Assembly: GCA_002189035.1 (NCBI GenBank) | Contig: CM007990.1 | Location: 2,728,001 to 2,792,000, forward strand | DNA length: 64,000 nucleotides | Source of the DNA: Utricularia gibba | Taxonomy: Eukaryota; Plantae; Magnoliophyta | Direction: 5' to 3' | Shown: positions 26,394-41,227 of the stretch, one piece after another | Layout: every line of letters starts with the position of its first letter | Numbering within the stretch: position 1 is the first letter of the stretch | Made by a program: the position numbers and the translations under genes | The notes under the pieces: generated by a model | What the model saw: the letters and a program-made list of their open reading frames with translations, nothing else | What the model was told of the DNA's origin: nothing | The model's database searches: none

Positions 26394-29300
26394 ATGGAGA
26401 AGAATCACAGAATGTTGCTCACAGTCGCACCATTTGAATGTGCTTGGCATGATGATTTAAAGTTCAAGGAGGCTGGCAGAGGTTGTGTTGCATTCGATGC
26501 GTTTGCAGACAACGATGTCACAATCGTATTTCGTGAGAATGCTGCGAGTCAGAAGTACCATTACAAAAGAGATAACAGCCCGCATTACACAGTGATCATT
26601 GGTAGCCACAGGAACAAGAAGTTGAATATTCAAGTCAATGGAAGACTGCTGTTGATGTTTCTGGGATTGATCTTTGCTGTTCTTCAACATTTCAGAGTTA
26701 CTGGATAAGCATCTACGATGGTTTGATAAGCATTGGCAAGGGCAGGTACCCATTTCAAAATCTTGTATATCAGTGGCTTGATTCGAACCCCATTTGCAGT
26801 GTTCAGTACGTGGGGCTAAGCAGTTGGGACAAGCATGTTGGATACCGAAATATTAACATTTTGCCCTTGAATCAAAACCATATATTCTTGTGGAAGCATG
26901 TTAATTATGATGGATATAATTGCATAGAAGTGGCAGATGAAGAGATGGAACTCACCAGAGAGTTCGAAAATTCTGGGCTTGAATCTTTTCTTGAGAGCTG
27001 GCAGTTGGCTGATGCATTTTTTGTTGTTGGAACTGAAGAGAAGGTTGTCCCAGCACATAAAGCCATACTGGCTGCATCTGGAAATTTTCCGTTGAATCCC
27101 TCAGGAGATGACTTCATTGAGATTTTACATTTTTCATATCCTATCCTACATGCTGTTCTTGAATATATCTATACAGGATGTACCAAGGTCAGATTTAGTA
27201 CATGATAAGTTATGCAATCTGTATCTTAGTTGCTTATGCTCAATCTTCTTTAAAGCTTTGGTGATTTTCTTAATATCACAGTTTGCGATAAAAAGATCAG
27301 TATGATGAACCCTCATTTTTATAGAAGATCTTCAGCATGCTTCAAAGCCCTCTGATTTTCTCTTGCAGGTTCCAGAGCCATATCTCTGTTTTGTGAAAGA
27401 CCTAAGTGCAAAGTTCGAAGTGAAGGCATTGGTCAAGCAGTGTGAAGAAATGATTCAGCGTTTCAAATTGAACAAGAAACTGTTTGACTCGGGAAAATGT
27501 GTAGAGTTAACATATGATGGATCCAGAATCAACTGCTACAACAATTTCTTCAACAGACTACCCATCGAAATTAAGATGCTTACTAGATTTTTAGGAACTG
27601 GTCTGTATAGTGATGTGAACATACATGTTGAAAGTGATGAACACATTGTGAAGGCACATAGAATTATTCTTAGTATATGGAGCTCCCCTTTCACTAAGGT
27701 ATGATGTTACTTGAGTTTTTGATGCTGAAATATACAGGTTTTGTTTGGTATAATACATTTTCCTTCATTGATTAATCATGATTTCTGCACTTTTTTGCTT
27801 GAACAATAGGATTTTGAAAACTCAAGTTTTGAGAAAGACTTTGTTATAGAAGAAATCCTTGTTGGCAATGGACTTTTTTAGTTTGTATTACACACTTTAT
27901 TTTGTTCTCATATATGAATGTTTCATATTAATAATGGAAAAAATATTTATACATACGGCTTTTGATGTTTTTGAATTAATGGTGAATGGGCAGAGTTGAG
28001 ATTGATTATCAAGTTTTAGGACATTTTATTTTTGGATGATGATAATTTATTATCATGAATTTTTTACAGATGTTCACAAACGGGATGAATGAAACATTGT
28101 CCTCTACGATTTGCCTCAAAGATGTCTACAGTGATGCATTCAAGATTATGCTTCAGTTTATGTATAGTGGCGAAGTTCTAATTGAAGACTACTTGGACGC
28201 GGACACCTTGTTACTCAAGCTTCTCCTGCTAGCAGATCAGTTTGGGGTTACAATTCTTCATCAAGAATGCTGCAAACTCATCCTCGAACACCTTTCCGAG
28301 GTTCGATCAACAGCTGTCAAATCCTCAGATACTAGTATCTCAGTGAAAGTAGTATTAATTTGCTGTTTTTGAAGTAATAAAAGATACAGAGTGCATGCAT
28401 CAGCCTTCTGATCACAAAACTAGAAAAAGAACATTAATACCTCTCATCTACGTGCTATATGCAGGCATGAAGAGTACTAATGGCAGAAGGTCATACTGCA
28501 AGTTTATCTATTATTCCAACTTTATTGGACGAGGATGCAGAGAATTTGGGCCAATATTGGGATTTGATATCTAACTTTTGAATTTTGTTGCAGGACTCAG
28601 TTGGCAATATATTGCAAGTGGTTACATCCATTCCTTCATGTAAGTTAATCGAAGAAGCATGCCTGAAGAAGTTCTCAATGCATTTTGATTATTGTACAAC
28701 TGCCAGCGTCAACTTTGTCATGCTAGATGAGGAGACATTCGGCAGCATTATTCAGGTGATTGCCATTCTTTGCTGTGATCAGTTCCTGCTGGTTTCAAGA
28801 ACAATGTCTTTGTAGTCTTTTACATCTGTCATCTTGCCCAACCTGCATTGTATGTAAGAAGTTAGTGGTCATGTAGTTATTCTTCTCTCAATCAACTGAT
28901 GTTGAACTTGGAGGTTGTCCCAACCCTCATGGAATTGATGATGCAATTGTGGCATATGCTTTAACTGTAAAATTCACTTTTCCTGCACAGTCTTTATGGA
29001 ATTTAATGGTCTGTAGATTTTTCTGTACAGCATCCAGATCTGACAGTAACATCCGAAGAAAGAGTTCTCAATGCAGTCTTACTGTGGTCTTGCAAAGCAG
29101 AGGAGCTATTTGGATGGGAAAGGGTTGATCAGATGATTGCAAATTCAACACCCAGAGTTATTTTTGGTCGCAGGCTAGATGCACTGGAAAAATTTTTGCA
29201 CTCTATTCGATTCCCTTTACTTTCTCTATCCATAATTCAAAATGTACGCCCTGTACCTCATATTTGGTTTTTGATCCTCCTCTATTTAAAATTTTTTGAA

Positions 29301-30630
29301 GAATCACTGTGTTTAAATTTCAGTTGAGGAGAGGCAACCTGAACAGACTACTTCCTACATTCAGCAATCTGGTACGCTTTGGTAGTTATTCTCTCTGTCC
29401 ATGGGTATCCTAAGCCTGTTATTCAACTTAATTTTATGTTTAACAGCTCAAAGAAGCTAGCGAATTTGTTGAATCAGGATTACCTGTGAATGTGAAAGAT
29501 GTGAGGTGAGTACCAAAACGTTATAAGCTTTCTTAGTGAAGTTATTTTTAGTAAAAAGTTCATTTTCATTTCACGTGAATTTGTTGGTGCAAGTCATTGC
29601 GGCATAAGTCCTCCCAGTTTCCGTCCTAAACTCATAATAGAGGATTCTCATTGCAGGAAATTCCATCACCGGAAGTCAAGTTTCAGGGAACTCCAGTACA
29701 TACGTGATGGTGACAACAATGGTGTCTTGTTCTTCGCTGGCACCTCCTATGGGGAACATCAATGGGTGAACCCTGTTCTTTCGAAGGTAGGCATTTGACA
29801 TGCCAATCTTCTTTTTTTTTTTTTTTTTTTTGCATGGGTTATATGCTCTAAACAATGATGCGCTACAGAAAGTGATCATCACGGGGAGCAGCCCAGTTTC
29901 AAGATATACTGATCCCAAGGTCCTCGTGTCCCGGAGTTACCAGGTATCAAGTTCTTCATTGATGAGCACAAGTATATGCATGCTAACAGCATTGGGTCTT
30001 TGTGTTAGTTGAGATAATTTCGAAAAAATTATGTGGCTGAATCAAAAGCTTTGCAACAAACAAGCGTATAAATATGAGATAACCTGAAATTGAAATGGCA
30101 TGCCTATAGGGGACATCGTTTGCTGGCCCGAGAATGGAGGATGGTAGAACCACTGCATGGTGGATGGTTGACATTGGACCTGATCATCAGGTTTGATTCT
30201 TTTTGAGTTTTGCTGGATCTCATAAGCGGTCATTGAATAGAGAAAAAATATGGCTTGTGGTGCAGTTGATGTGCAACTTTTACACTCTAAGGCAGGATGG
30301 GTCACGTACCTTCTTCAGGCATTGGAGTTTGCAGGTCTGAACATTATTTTCATCATTAGCATACGGTACGGTAGGGCATGTAAGCTCATTGCTGTGTTGT
30401 TAACACTCCAGGGGTCATCTGATGGAAGCAACTGGAGCAACCTGAGGACACATGAGAACGACGGCACAATTTGCAAGCCAGGACAGTTTGCGTCATGGCC
30501 TGTTGCCGGCCCCAACGCTCTTCTTCCCTTCAGATTCTTCCGCGTGGCACTCACGGGGCCGACGTCTGATCCCATCAACCCATGGAGCTTCTGCATATGC
30601 TTCCTGGAGCTTTATGGCTACTTTCGTTAA
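26394..30630 (+). CDS. BTB/POZ-domain protein, At2g30600 type (FAMeT-like N-terminus, 2x BTB, BACK, F5/8C-like C-terminus); one -1 frameshift at about 26643
   Basis: 12 coding exons with GT-AG borders: 26394-27187, 27369-27698, 28070-28300, 28594-28755, 29031-29243, 29324-29371, 29447-29505, 29657-29786, 29869-29943, 30110-30190, 30266-30334, 30412-30630. This gives 803 aa if one base is restored. Motifs: LTVAPFECAWHDDLKF, GLSSWDKHVGYRN, VPAHKAIL, FSMHFDYCTTAS, CICFLELYGYFR. Confidence 0.92.
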
Positions 30631-32219
30631 TAAATGGTGTTAGCTTCATGTTGGATGTCCCAGCGAGAAAATTCGTATTTTGTTGTGTGTGAAATAAAGT
30701 GCCAAAGGTGGCGGTGGAGCCACTGAAATCGAGATACAGACAGACAGACCGGTTTGTTTTCAATGAGAAAGAAGAGTGAATCACTGCTCTGCTCTGCTCC
30801 GCTCCATTCACCTTCAAATTCCAACAGATGGCTGGCCTTCCACTCAGTGCTTTGAAATTCCAAATGAACCTATATTTAATAAAATTATTTCATCCCCACT
30901 TGCAAAATTTCTAATAAAGTTTTTGAAATATGACGTACTGGATATAAAATTTCATATTATAACTATTTTTGACCCACAACATTTGCACAACTGATATAAT
31001 TAATTTCTGTTACTTAAAACTTACCATTGTATCAGTATTTAGCCTTGAAATCAAATAATCATTGTTTAGTTTTTGAACAAAATCAGTCTCTACTATATTA
31101 TATAAACCCTATCATCATCTTCTTGGGATGGCCTCCTCCATTGCTATTTGCTCCATCCATGTGGTCCCTATCGTCTACTTACTCTAAATCCCTATATCAC
31201 ATATAAATCTATCCATCTCTTCTCTTCTCTCCTCGCTATTTAATTCTCTCTTATATGGCTCTCTTTCCATTTTATTTTTAATATTTAATCTAAATTTTAC
31301 ATTCATATTTATGATATATATTTTAGTTCAATTCGTAAATTTTCTATTTACAAATTTTTGCTTGATAAATTACATTCATATTTTCACATTAGACTTTTTC
31401 TTCATAAAATACTATTTTCAATTTAGCAAGATTTTTAATATAGATATATATATATAGCAAATAACATGAAAAATATATATTATTTTAAATTTTATTTTAA
31501 CAAACGTAAAATTGATATATTTTAATTTTTATTTAATTGATCATTTATTTTTATCATTATATAATAAAAATAATAATAATTTAAGTATAATTTTAATATC
31601 ATTCATATAATTGGAGAATCGTTTCATTGATATCAATTTTTTAAAAATCATTTTTAGATACAATTAAACTATTTTTTACTTCAAATTTGAGTAAACTATT
31701 TATTCTTATGAATTCTAAGCACTATTAACACATAAAGTATTGCTTGAAGCAATATTTTTTCGTTTTTTTATACATTTATATTATCTAAAATTGCTCATTT
31801 TTAATCTCAAATATGATTTTAATGTTCATAGAAGCTGTGAAAATTTTTAATAATTTTTTTGTTTGATAAAATAAAACTTTATGTAAAGATTTGTTGTATC
31901 CAAGAGTAGTTTGATATTCAAATCTTCATTGATAATATTGATTTTTTAGTATTAACAAATTTATCATTATACAAAATTTTTGAAAAATTTGTTCTTTTCC
32001 AATTTTTATCCATTGGAATGAGCTAAAATAAAAAACTTATCATTGTTATTCACTTTTCTATATATGAATAATAAAAACAATAAACCTCATATTTGCATCA
32101 TTGAATAATTTAAAAATAATAAAAACACATATATTATAAAAATTATATGAATATTTTATAATTTTTTAAATATCATAGAAACCCACTAAAGAATTTCTTT
32201 ATCATATATCAATGGTTTG

Positions 32220-33412
32220 TGATAAGTGATTTTGTGTCACTTATATTTATGTTTTTTAGAACTCACTTAGATGGGTTTTGTATTCTTTTTATCTCACTTT
32301 CCTTATGTTTCTATAAGAATTTTATATCTTTCATACCATTTTGATCTTTTTGGAGAGAAAGTGTGTTTTGTGATTTTTCAGTATGAATTTAGAATAATTT
32401 GGAGGATTTTCGAGCTACTTTGATGGAGGCTAAGATTTGGTCTATCCGGATGAAGACTCGGTCAAAGATTCTCGGATAAGATAAGATTCGCATCTTATTT
32501 TGGAGAAATTGGATCTCATCCTAGAAGATTTATATCAAATCTTAGAAGATTCGGATAGAAGATTTGATGTGAGCCCATCAAGAAAGCCCGACAAATCCTC
32601 ACCATTATATAAAAATGCAAACACGAAAACCTAAAAAAGGAGTCAAAAGTGGTGGACGACCAGAGAGTCAAATTAGGGTTTAGAGTCGAGTCTAGCATGT
32701 TTTGGATTCCTTTCCTTTCGTTTTTCATCAACTTTTATTGTTTAGAGTCAAGCATGCGCGTGTGAGCGCTTGCGGCTGAGTATCTGCTGGGAAGCCTTGC
32801 TTGCGCAAGTTCTGCGCGTGTGACTGTCTTACCACGTTTTTCACCATTTAATTTGAGGTCTGATTCTATTTTTCGTAATGTTTTCTTTACCAACGTGATC
32901 TTTAGTACCATATAGCTATAAGAGAGTGTGGGGGAATCAAAGGTTGGCCTCAAGCACCTAAGTAGAAGGGTTCAATCGGACATCGTTGGTAAGGCACATT
33001 CTGTCTAATTTGTCTGCGAGTTGAGAGGTGTAGGGGTTAGATTTGGGTGTGGGGAAAACATGAGTTATCACAAGAGGTGAAATGGCTTTGGTGACGTGGT
33101 TGATTCCATAATCCTACAAAACAAGGGATGGTGCTATAACGATCACTGAATAGCACTATTTTAGCATAACACCCCCAAAGCTTGCGCAAACAGATCAGTT
33201 CTCAACGTTTGCACACACGCAAGGGCGAGTTTCAAGTAAGGTGGATCTTAAATCCAAGGGCACTTTTCTTATTGTCTTCAAAACCAAATCTTTCTTTTGT
33301 TTTCGGTCTTTTTGAATCTTTGTTTGAAAGAATATTCCAATAACAATTCTCTATGGATACAATATTATTTTATTACTTCGACGGTTTCTGTACACTTGCA
33401 GAATTACCATCA
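32220..33412 (+). mobile_element. Solo LTR (Athila-like), 1193 bp
   Basis: tgataag...accatca termini with a perfect 5-bp TSD gtttg (32215-32219 / 33413-33417). Confidence 0.9.
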
Positions 33413-35515
33413 GTTTGTTGCCAATATAGATGAAGGACTTGACATATCGATGTTATAACTCTAATATTGAGTTAGTCTTAAATCAAAGAATATGTTTTTG
33501 AATTGCTTCTTGAAAATTTGGTCAACTAAGGAAATTGATAAATATATGTTGCATTTGTAGTGGACTACTTGATATTGTATCATTCATATTAATTTCATAT
33601 CTTTGTCATTTATTCGATCATCTACACCTTCCCCTATCTATTCTCATTGTAATTTTTTTAATTGATCACGATCTAGATGAGCATTTTTTTCATCTAAGGA
33701 TCGTGAAAAAGATCAAATGGTGCATGTGCCCAATGATCTTCAAAAATTAGAGTTTGAGATTGAGTTTGATATACTTTTATCCAACAATCAATTGTGGATA
33801 TTGGAGTAACAACTTATTGAGGATCTATTTGTACTCATTTACAAACTTGAAAAATTTGATATAATAGTTAGAAAATAGCATTTTTTTTTTAAAAAAATAA
33901 ACTTGTAGTGTATGTAAAAAAAAAAAAAATACATTAAAGTTTTACCACTTTTGACAATCACTGGTATGAGCAATGTAGATTTGTACTCAATGTCCCTACT
34001 TTATACAAGTTATGAGTCGAACCACCATTCGACTGCTCAAATGCGTCTACATTTGCATGTGGAATCCATTTATACCAGTAACGATAATGTGTTGTCGGGT
34101 GTGATTGAGCATGGTCAAATGAGATTAGGTAAAAAATCTTTTCTGATTAGAAAAATGTTTCAATATCAGAAAAAATACGATATATGTAAAGATTTTTGAG
34201 AGATTAATTTTTTCAAATATCTAAATAGTTGTAGAGTAATAATATCAATTATTTTAAATATTGAAGGTTGTTGATGATAAATTATTTATTTAAATACTGA
34301 GTACTAAATTGTTAGCAATTAATTGTGTCAAATTTTTAGACAATGAAGATGAATTTTACCATTCTATTGAAACCTAGGTTTTCAACTCATTTGATTGATT
34401 GGCAAATTGAATTGGTTAATTGTTTTTTGATAAGTTACTGGTAAAGTGAATGTTCGGTTATTAAAATAAAATTTTTCTAAGTTTAAAATTTAATTTTTCA
34501 AAACAAAAAAATGATAAAAATCTATGGTTTAAAAAGTACGGATATAGTGTAAAAATTTATTTTACTTTTACCAAAAGTTTACTTAAAAAAGTATTTCGAT
34601 CTCTTAATCATGTTATTTGATTAAATAGAAAACACTTGCAATTTTATTGGTTAATACTTAATGAATTTCACATTTTATTTTTATTTTCAAAAAAATTTCA
34701 ATATGTGATTCTTTTTTAAATATATTATTATTAATTTGTTACTTGTTAGCTAAAATATATAGATGCATGTACATAGATTTGTCAATTCACAAATTCTGAT
34801 GTGTTGATTCATGATTTGAAAAATTATAAACATGTCGGATTATAAATATACTAAAATATAATTTCAATTTATAATATTTAAATTATATAAAGTTATTTTT
34901 AAAAATGATTTTTAATAAAAAAATTGAACATTCATAAAAAATAAATGAAAATTATAATGATAGCCGATAAATAATGATCTTGGTTGGCAAACATGATGAT
35001 TGATTATCTAATACTGAAGATGAAGATAAACAAAAATATAAGAAAACAAAGTAAATGCATTAAAATTTTGATTAATCAATTAAATGAATAAATATTCATT
35101 ATTGAAATAAATAATTAAAAATATTAAATTAAAAAAAAATAGAGAGCCTACCGGATTCGTCGCACGGCACACGGCGAAAGTCACCGATTCTAACGAATCG
35201 ATAATTCCCAGCACGTTAGTATTTGATAGTGATTATTGATACTTTAAAAAAATTCAACATAATTTTAAAAATGTATTTTTATTAATTTCATGTGTTGACC
35301 GGTCAAAACAAAATATAATCGTTCAAATCTGGTTTTTGAATCGAACCGGCTCCATGCCAGTTCGGTTTACATATTAAGTTGAAAATACAGCTTGAAAGAG
35401 TGGAGATTAATTAGGCTAAAGGTTTAAATGGTGAGAATGAACAATAAACTGTGATAATCAATTTTCTGGATTCCAAAGAATGGAGACCGGTCGATTTGGT
35501 TTAGTCGTTCATATT

Positions 35516-35588
35516 TGGGCCGCCTCACATACATAATTCGCTGCTTTCCTGGCAAAATTTGGGCAGAAAGGTTTGTATTCTAGGGTTT
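35516..35588 (+). promoter_or_regulatory. Site II (TGGGCC) and telo-box (TAGGGTTT) upstream of DPM1
   Basis: tgggcc at 35516-35521 and tagggttt at 35581-35588, within about 110 bp of the ATG. This is a common plant housekeeping promoter pair. Confidence 0.5.
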
Positions 35589-35621
35589 GGAGTGGTGTAA
35601 CTGTACCAGTTGCGATCCGGA

Positions 35622-37316
<1,695 letters not shown>

Positions 37317-39004
37317 GCGACATGGAGCTTAGGTTCCGATACTATTTTATGAAGTTTTGCAGCGATGATGAACTACGATGGTGTGGTTAGAAAGATGTAT
37401 GTTGTTGCAGGCTTGAATCTGACAAAAGGGATGTGCTCCCCCAGGAGAGGTATCGTTTTGTGTTAGATTTGGATATGGTTGGATGAACGTTGAACAGAGA
37501 AGTTACGGGACCATTTATTTTGAATATTTCGAAATAAATTATCTACCTCTGGTGAACGCACAATGTCGTTATCAGAGAGAGGATTTTGTATAAGAAAAAT
37601 AGTGAGAAAAAGGAACAAAATTCAGTTTTGAGAATTCTTTGTTATTCGGCTATCAAAAAATGGATATTCTTTCTTTTAATTAGAGATTCATCTAAAAGAT
37701 AAAAGTGGTTATAATAAATGAAGGAAAAATTTTAGATGGTCCCTCTTAGTACATGTTCTAAACTATTTTTTTTAATTATACTTATTAAAAAAAGTAGAAG
37801 TACAAATAAATTAAAATAATACATGATTTTACTTACTACTTCTTACTTTTTAATTAATTCTACTTGTTACAAAATATATTAGATATAAAAAGTAAATTTG
37901 AGTTACTTCTTACTTCTTATTTTTAATTTTCATTATAAATTTACAAATTTATACTTCATTACAAAAATATATTTAATATTTCATCCTATTTCCAATAATT
38001 CTATTTCCTTTGACAATGCTTTAGAGTTTACAAATTTCATACCCAATTGTGATTTCAATGCTTTAAGTTTGTTCATTCTATTTTAATGATCTACATTATT
38101 GATTTTAGTAGTATTTGATATCTTCTATGGTGATTATTTGATTTTTTTTGTTTGGTTTTCTTGCTTGTAGGAGAATAGAGAAGCTAAAAAATTTAGTGAT
38201 AGACCACCACCACACAAATAACTTATGGAAGAACTCTTTGGTGGTATTATTACCATTAGTCAAGATAGCTACACACCAAGCTTTGGAATTCTACCAGCGG
38301 GATGGATGATGAAGTTGAATGTGTTCTTGAGACGGAGTATAACACTTTTGATTGGAGTCTTGGACATATGAACCTGTGATTAATGATTTTGGTACACCAC
38401 TTTCAGGCTAGAGTGTTAGTCATATATCCAATAATAGTCTATGTAAAGAACAATCAAGGAAACGAAAAAGTGGAAAGGGAAGTAACTCAAACATTATCGC
38501 AAAGTCGATCAAGTAGATTGCTGAAGATAATGGACATCAGTTAATGAAGGATGATCTATAGCCTATAGAAGATTGTGTTAAGGTTTTGGATAATATCAAG
38601 GGGATCATTGGTGGTGATGCTTTATGATGCAAGGGAATGCACCTCTTCATCAAGACATTGGAACGTCGTATTTTTTTAGTCATTGACATTAATAATAAAT
38701 GCATAGCATATTTGAACAGTCACATGAGCACTTCTCAATCCTCGAATTACTCTCGATTTATGGATGTTGGATCAGATGCTAGTTCACCGTATAAGATTTG
38801 ATGTTATTGTAACTTACAACTAATATGACATATCTACTTTATTATGACTTTTCTACTTTGTTGTGACTTTTATTTCTTCTTTTTTATGAAGATAATTCCT
38901 CTATCTCATGACTTTAATTGTTTTGTGAAGTTGTCTTTACTTTTTTGTGATATTATCTTCACTTTCTCGTAAACTTATTCCCACTTTCTTGTGATTTCAT
39001 TCCA

Positions 39005-39150
39005 ATATCTCATGACTTTATTTTTCACTATCTCATGACTTTATTTTCCACTATTTCATGACTTTATTTTCCACTATCTCATGACTTTATTTTTCACTAT
39101 CTCGTGACTTTATTTTCTACTATCTTGTGACTTTATTTTTCACTTCTTTG
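39005..39150. repeat. 23-bp tandem repeat ctatctcatgactttattttcca, about 6 copies
   Basis: Directly visible, with more decayed copies extending to about 38900. Confidence 0.9.
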
Positions 39151-39329
39151 TAGCCTTTATTTTCGATTTCGTATCACTATAAATATTCATATTTAGTAGT
39201 TGCATTCTTCAATCATGTCCTTATCGGATAATTCTCCTCATTCTTCAAAAGTGAGTACTGATTCCGATGATGACACACATGCATTGTATCAAACATTTCA
39301 AGCCGTAGGAGCAGTAGCTGCCTACCACG

Positions 39330-40380
39330 AGCGTTATATGGTGAAACAACCTTTCAATAATTGACCTATTAGTGGTCTTTGCTTTTCGATAAGCTTAATG
39401 TCCATGATCGTAGGGCATACACCTCTTTGCGGATGAACACTCCCATTTTTCTTCAACTTTGTCATCTACTTGTGAATGATTATGGTCTAAAGAGAAAATC
39501 ACAAGTTGATGTTGAAGAAGAAGTGGCAATGTTCCTTAATGTAGTCGGACACCGAGAAACAATCATTCTTTGCAAGAGTTTTTCTAGTGTGGGGCTGATA
39601 CTATCCACAAGACTTTCAACAACGTATTACAAGCCTTAATCCAAATGTCCCTCGTATGGTTACAGCCTCCGAATGCATATCATATGGTTGATCCATATAT
39701 TCAATCGAATGATAAGTATTATCCTTTTTTTTAAAGATTGTATTGGTGCAATTGATGGTACACATGTTAGCCTCAGATCATGCTGCTGATCGCGTCCATT
39801 TTATTGGACGTAAGGGAGAATCGACGCAAAATATTCTTGTTGTTTGCAACTTGAACATGTTTTTTTGTTTTTGCACTGGGTGGAAATGAAGGCATTTGTC
39901 ATGATAGTAGGTTATTACGCTAATGCTTAGGGGATGATCGTTGTGATTTTTCAAAATCACCACCTGGTAAGTACTACTTAGTAGATTTGGGATTCCCTAA
40001 TATCAAAGATTACATGTCTCCATTCTACAACCAATGATATCATTTACGCGATTTTCAATGTGTGTGGTTTTAGAACTGCACAAGAGCTTTTCAATTATAG
40101 ACACTCATCACTATACAACTGTATTGAGCGAACTTTTGAAGTATGGAAAAACAGATTTCATATGGTGAATGATTTCCCTCATAACTTGCCATTTAGAAAA
40201 CAAGTGCATCTTGTTTTAGTTACGATAGCGATACACAATTTTTTGCATGTAATTGATGCTTACGATGATGGTGCAACTTTAGATCAATATAACAAAAAAC
40301 CTCATCTTCCTAGTGATGAAGAAATTACAAGTGAAGATCTAGATGAGTCTTATGGACGAGTTGAGAAACTCAATCTGTAA
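39330..40380 (+). pseudogene. PIF/Harbinger DDE transposase, decayed
   Basis: LRMNTPIFLQLCHLL...VEEEVAMFLNVVGH; DCIGAIDGTHV; GRKGESTQNILVVCN; GKYYLVDLGFP; ELFNYRHSSLYNCIERTFEVWKNRF...AIHNFL. Several frameshifts. Confidence 0.9.
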
Positions 40381-41071
40381 TGATCTATCGAATATCTACC
40401 ATAGTCAAGTTAGCTTATAAAACCAAAGATAGTCATTATGACTAATGTATTTAGATTGTGATTTATATTCAATAAAGAATTTATTTATAATTTTTTATTG
40501 TCCAAATTCAATATATTTATGTATTTCATGTTGGATGATTTATTTGAATCAATGATATTATTATTCCCATTTAATTTTTGTACTATCAATATTGATTTTA
40601 TTTCATAAATGAATAAAAATGACAATTTATTTTTAATAGAAAGGTAAATTTGAAATTTGATATAAAAAATTAGAATTAAAAATTAATACAAGAATTGAAA
40701 CATCATTTATAACTTTTTACAAAATAAATTCTACTTTCTACTTCTATTTTTAACATTTACTTCTTAAGAATAGAAGCTATTTTTTGAAAAGTAGGTTAGA
40801 GCATACCCTAAATATGTGTAAGATGCAGTTGTATTTGGAAGAAGAAGAGGCGAGTCACTTTCTTGTGTTGCGTTTGGGATGGGATACTGATCGAGAGTCG
40901 TGTGCAAGTTTACATTTGATGCGGATGAACGTCACCCTCAGCCTCAGCGTGGCATCAATTCAGTTCTTGAACACAACAGATGCGACAAGATAATACTTAA
41001 GCTCTAAATACCATCATTAAGCTGCTCTTGATACTACTACTTAATGCCCTTGTTCTTTTGCCTCTGCCACA

Positions 41072-41090
41072 GGGAGGGGGTGGGGGTGGG
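41072..41090 (+). other. Canonical G-quadruplex-forming motif GGG-A-GGGGG-T-GGGGG-T-GGG upstream of AAE1
   Basis: Four G-tracts with 1-nt loops, about 140 bp before the ATG. Confidence 0.6.
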
Positions 41091-41227
41091 AGTGAGAGTG
41101 AGTGGGACATCACCCCAACTACCGGCTACCACTACCCTGTGCCTGTGTTGAGGCGAGGCTTCTTTGCATCTGTTTTCGAATGAAGGAGACAAGACAAGGG
41201 TAGCAGAAAAGCAGTAGTCGATTCGTG

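Larger units (their letters stand above)
37749..40808 (+). mobile_element. Old degenerate PIF/Harbinger element (Myb/SANT ORF1 remnant then transposase, same strand)
   Basis: Weak TIRs g.tacatgttctaaacta / tagg.ttagagcataccc with tta/taa flanks; ORF1-like remnant about 38165-38760; transposase remnant 39330-40380. Confidence 0.7.

Noticed and set aside
39005-39150. CRISPR-like appearance of the 23-bp repeat (also the 27-bp repeat at 47020-47090)
   Set aside because: The repeats are directly adjacent with no unique spacers, there are no cas genes, and the context is eukaryotic with introns.
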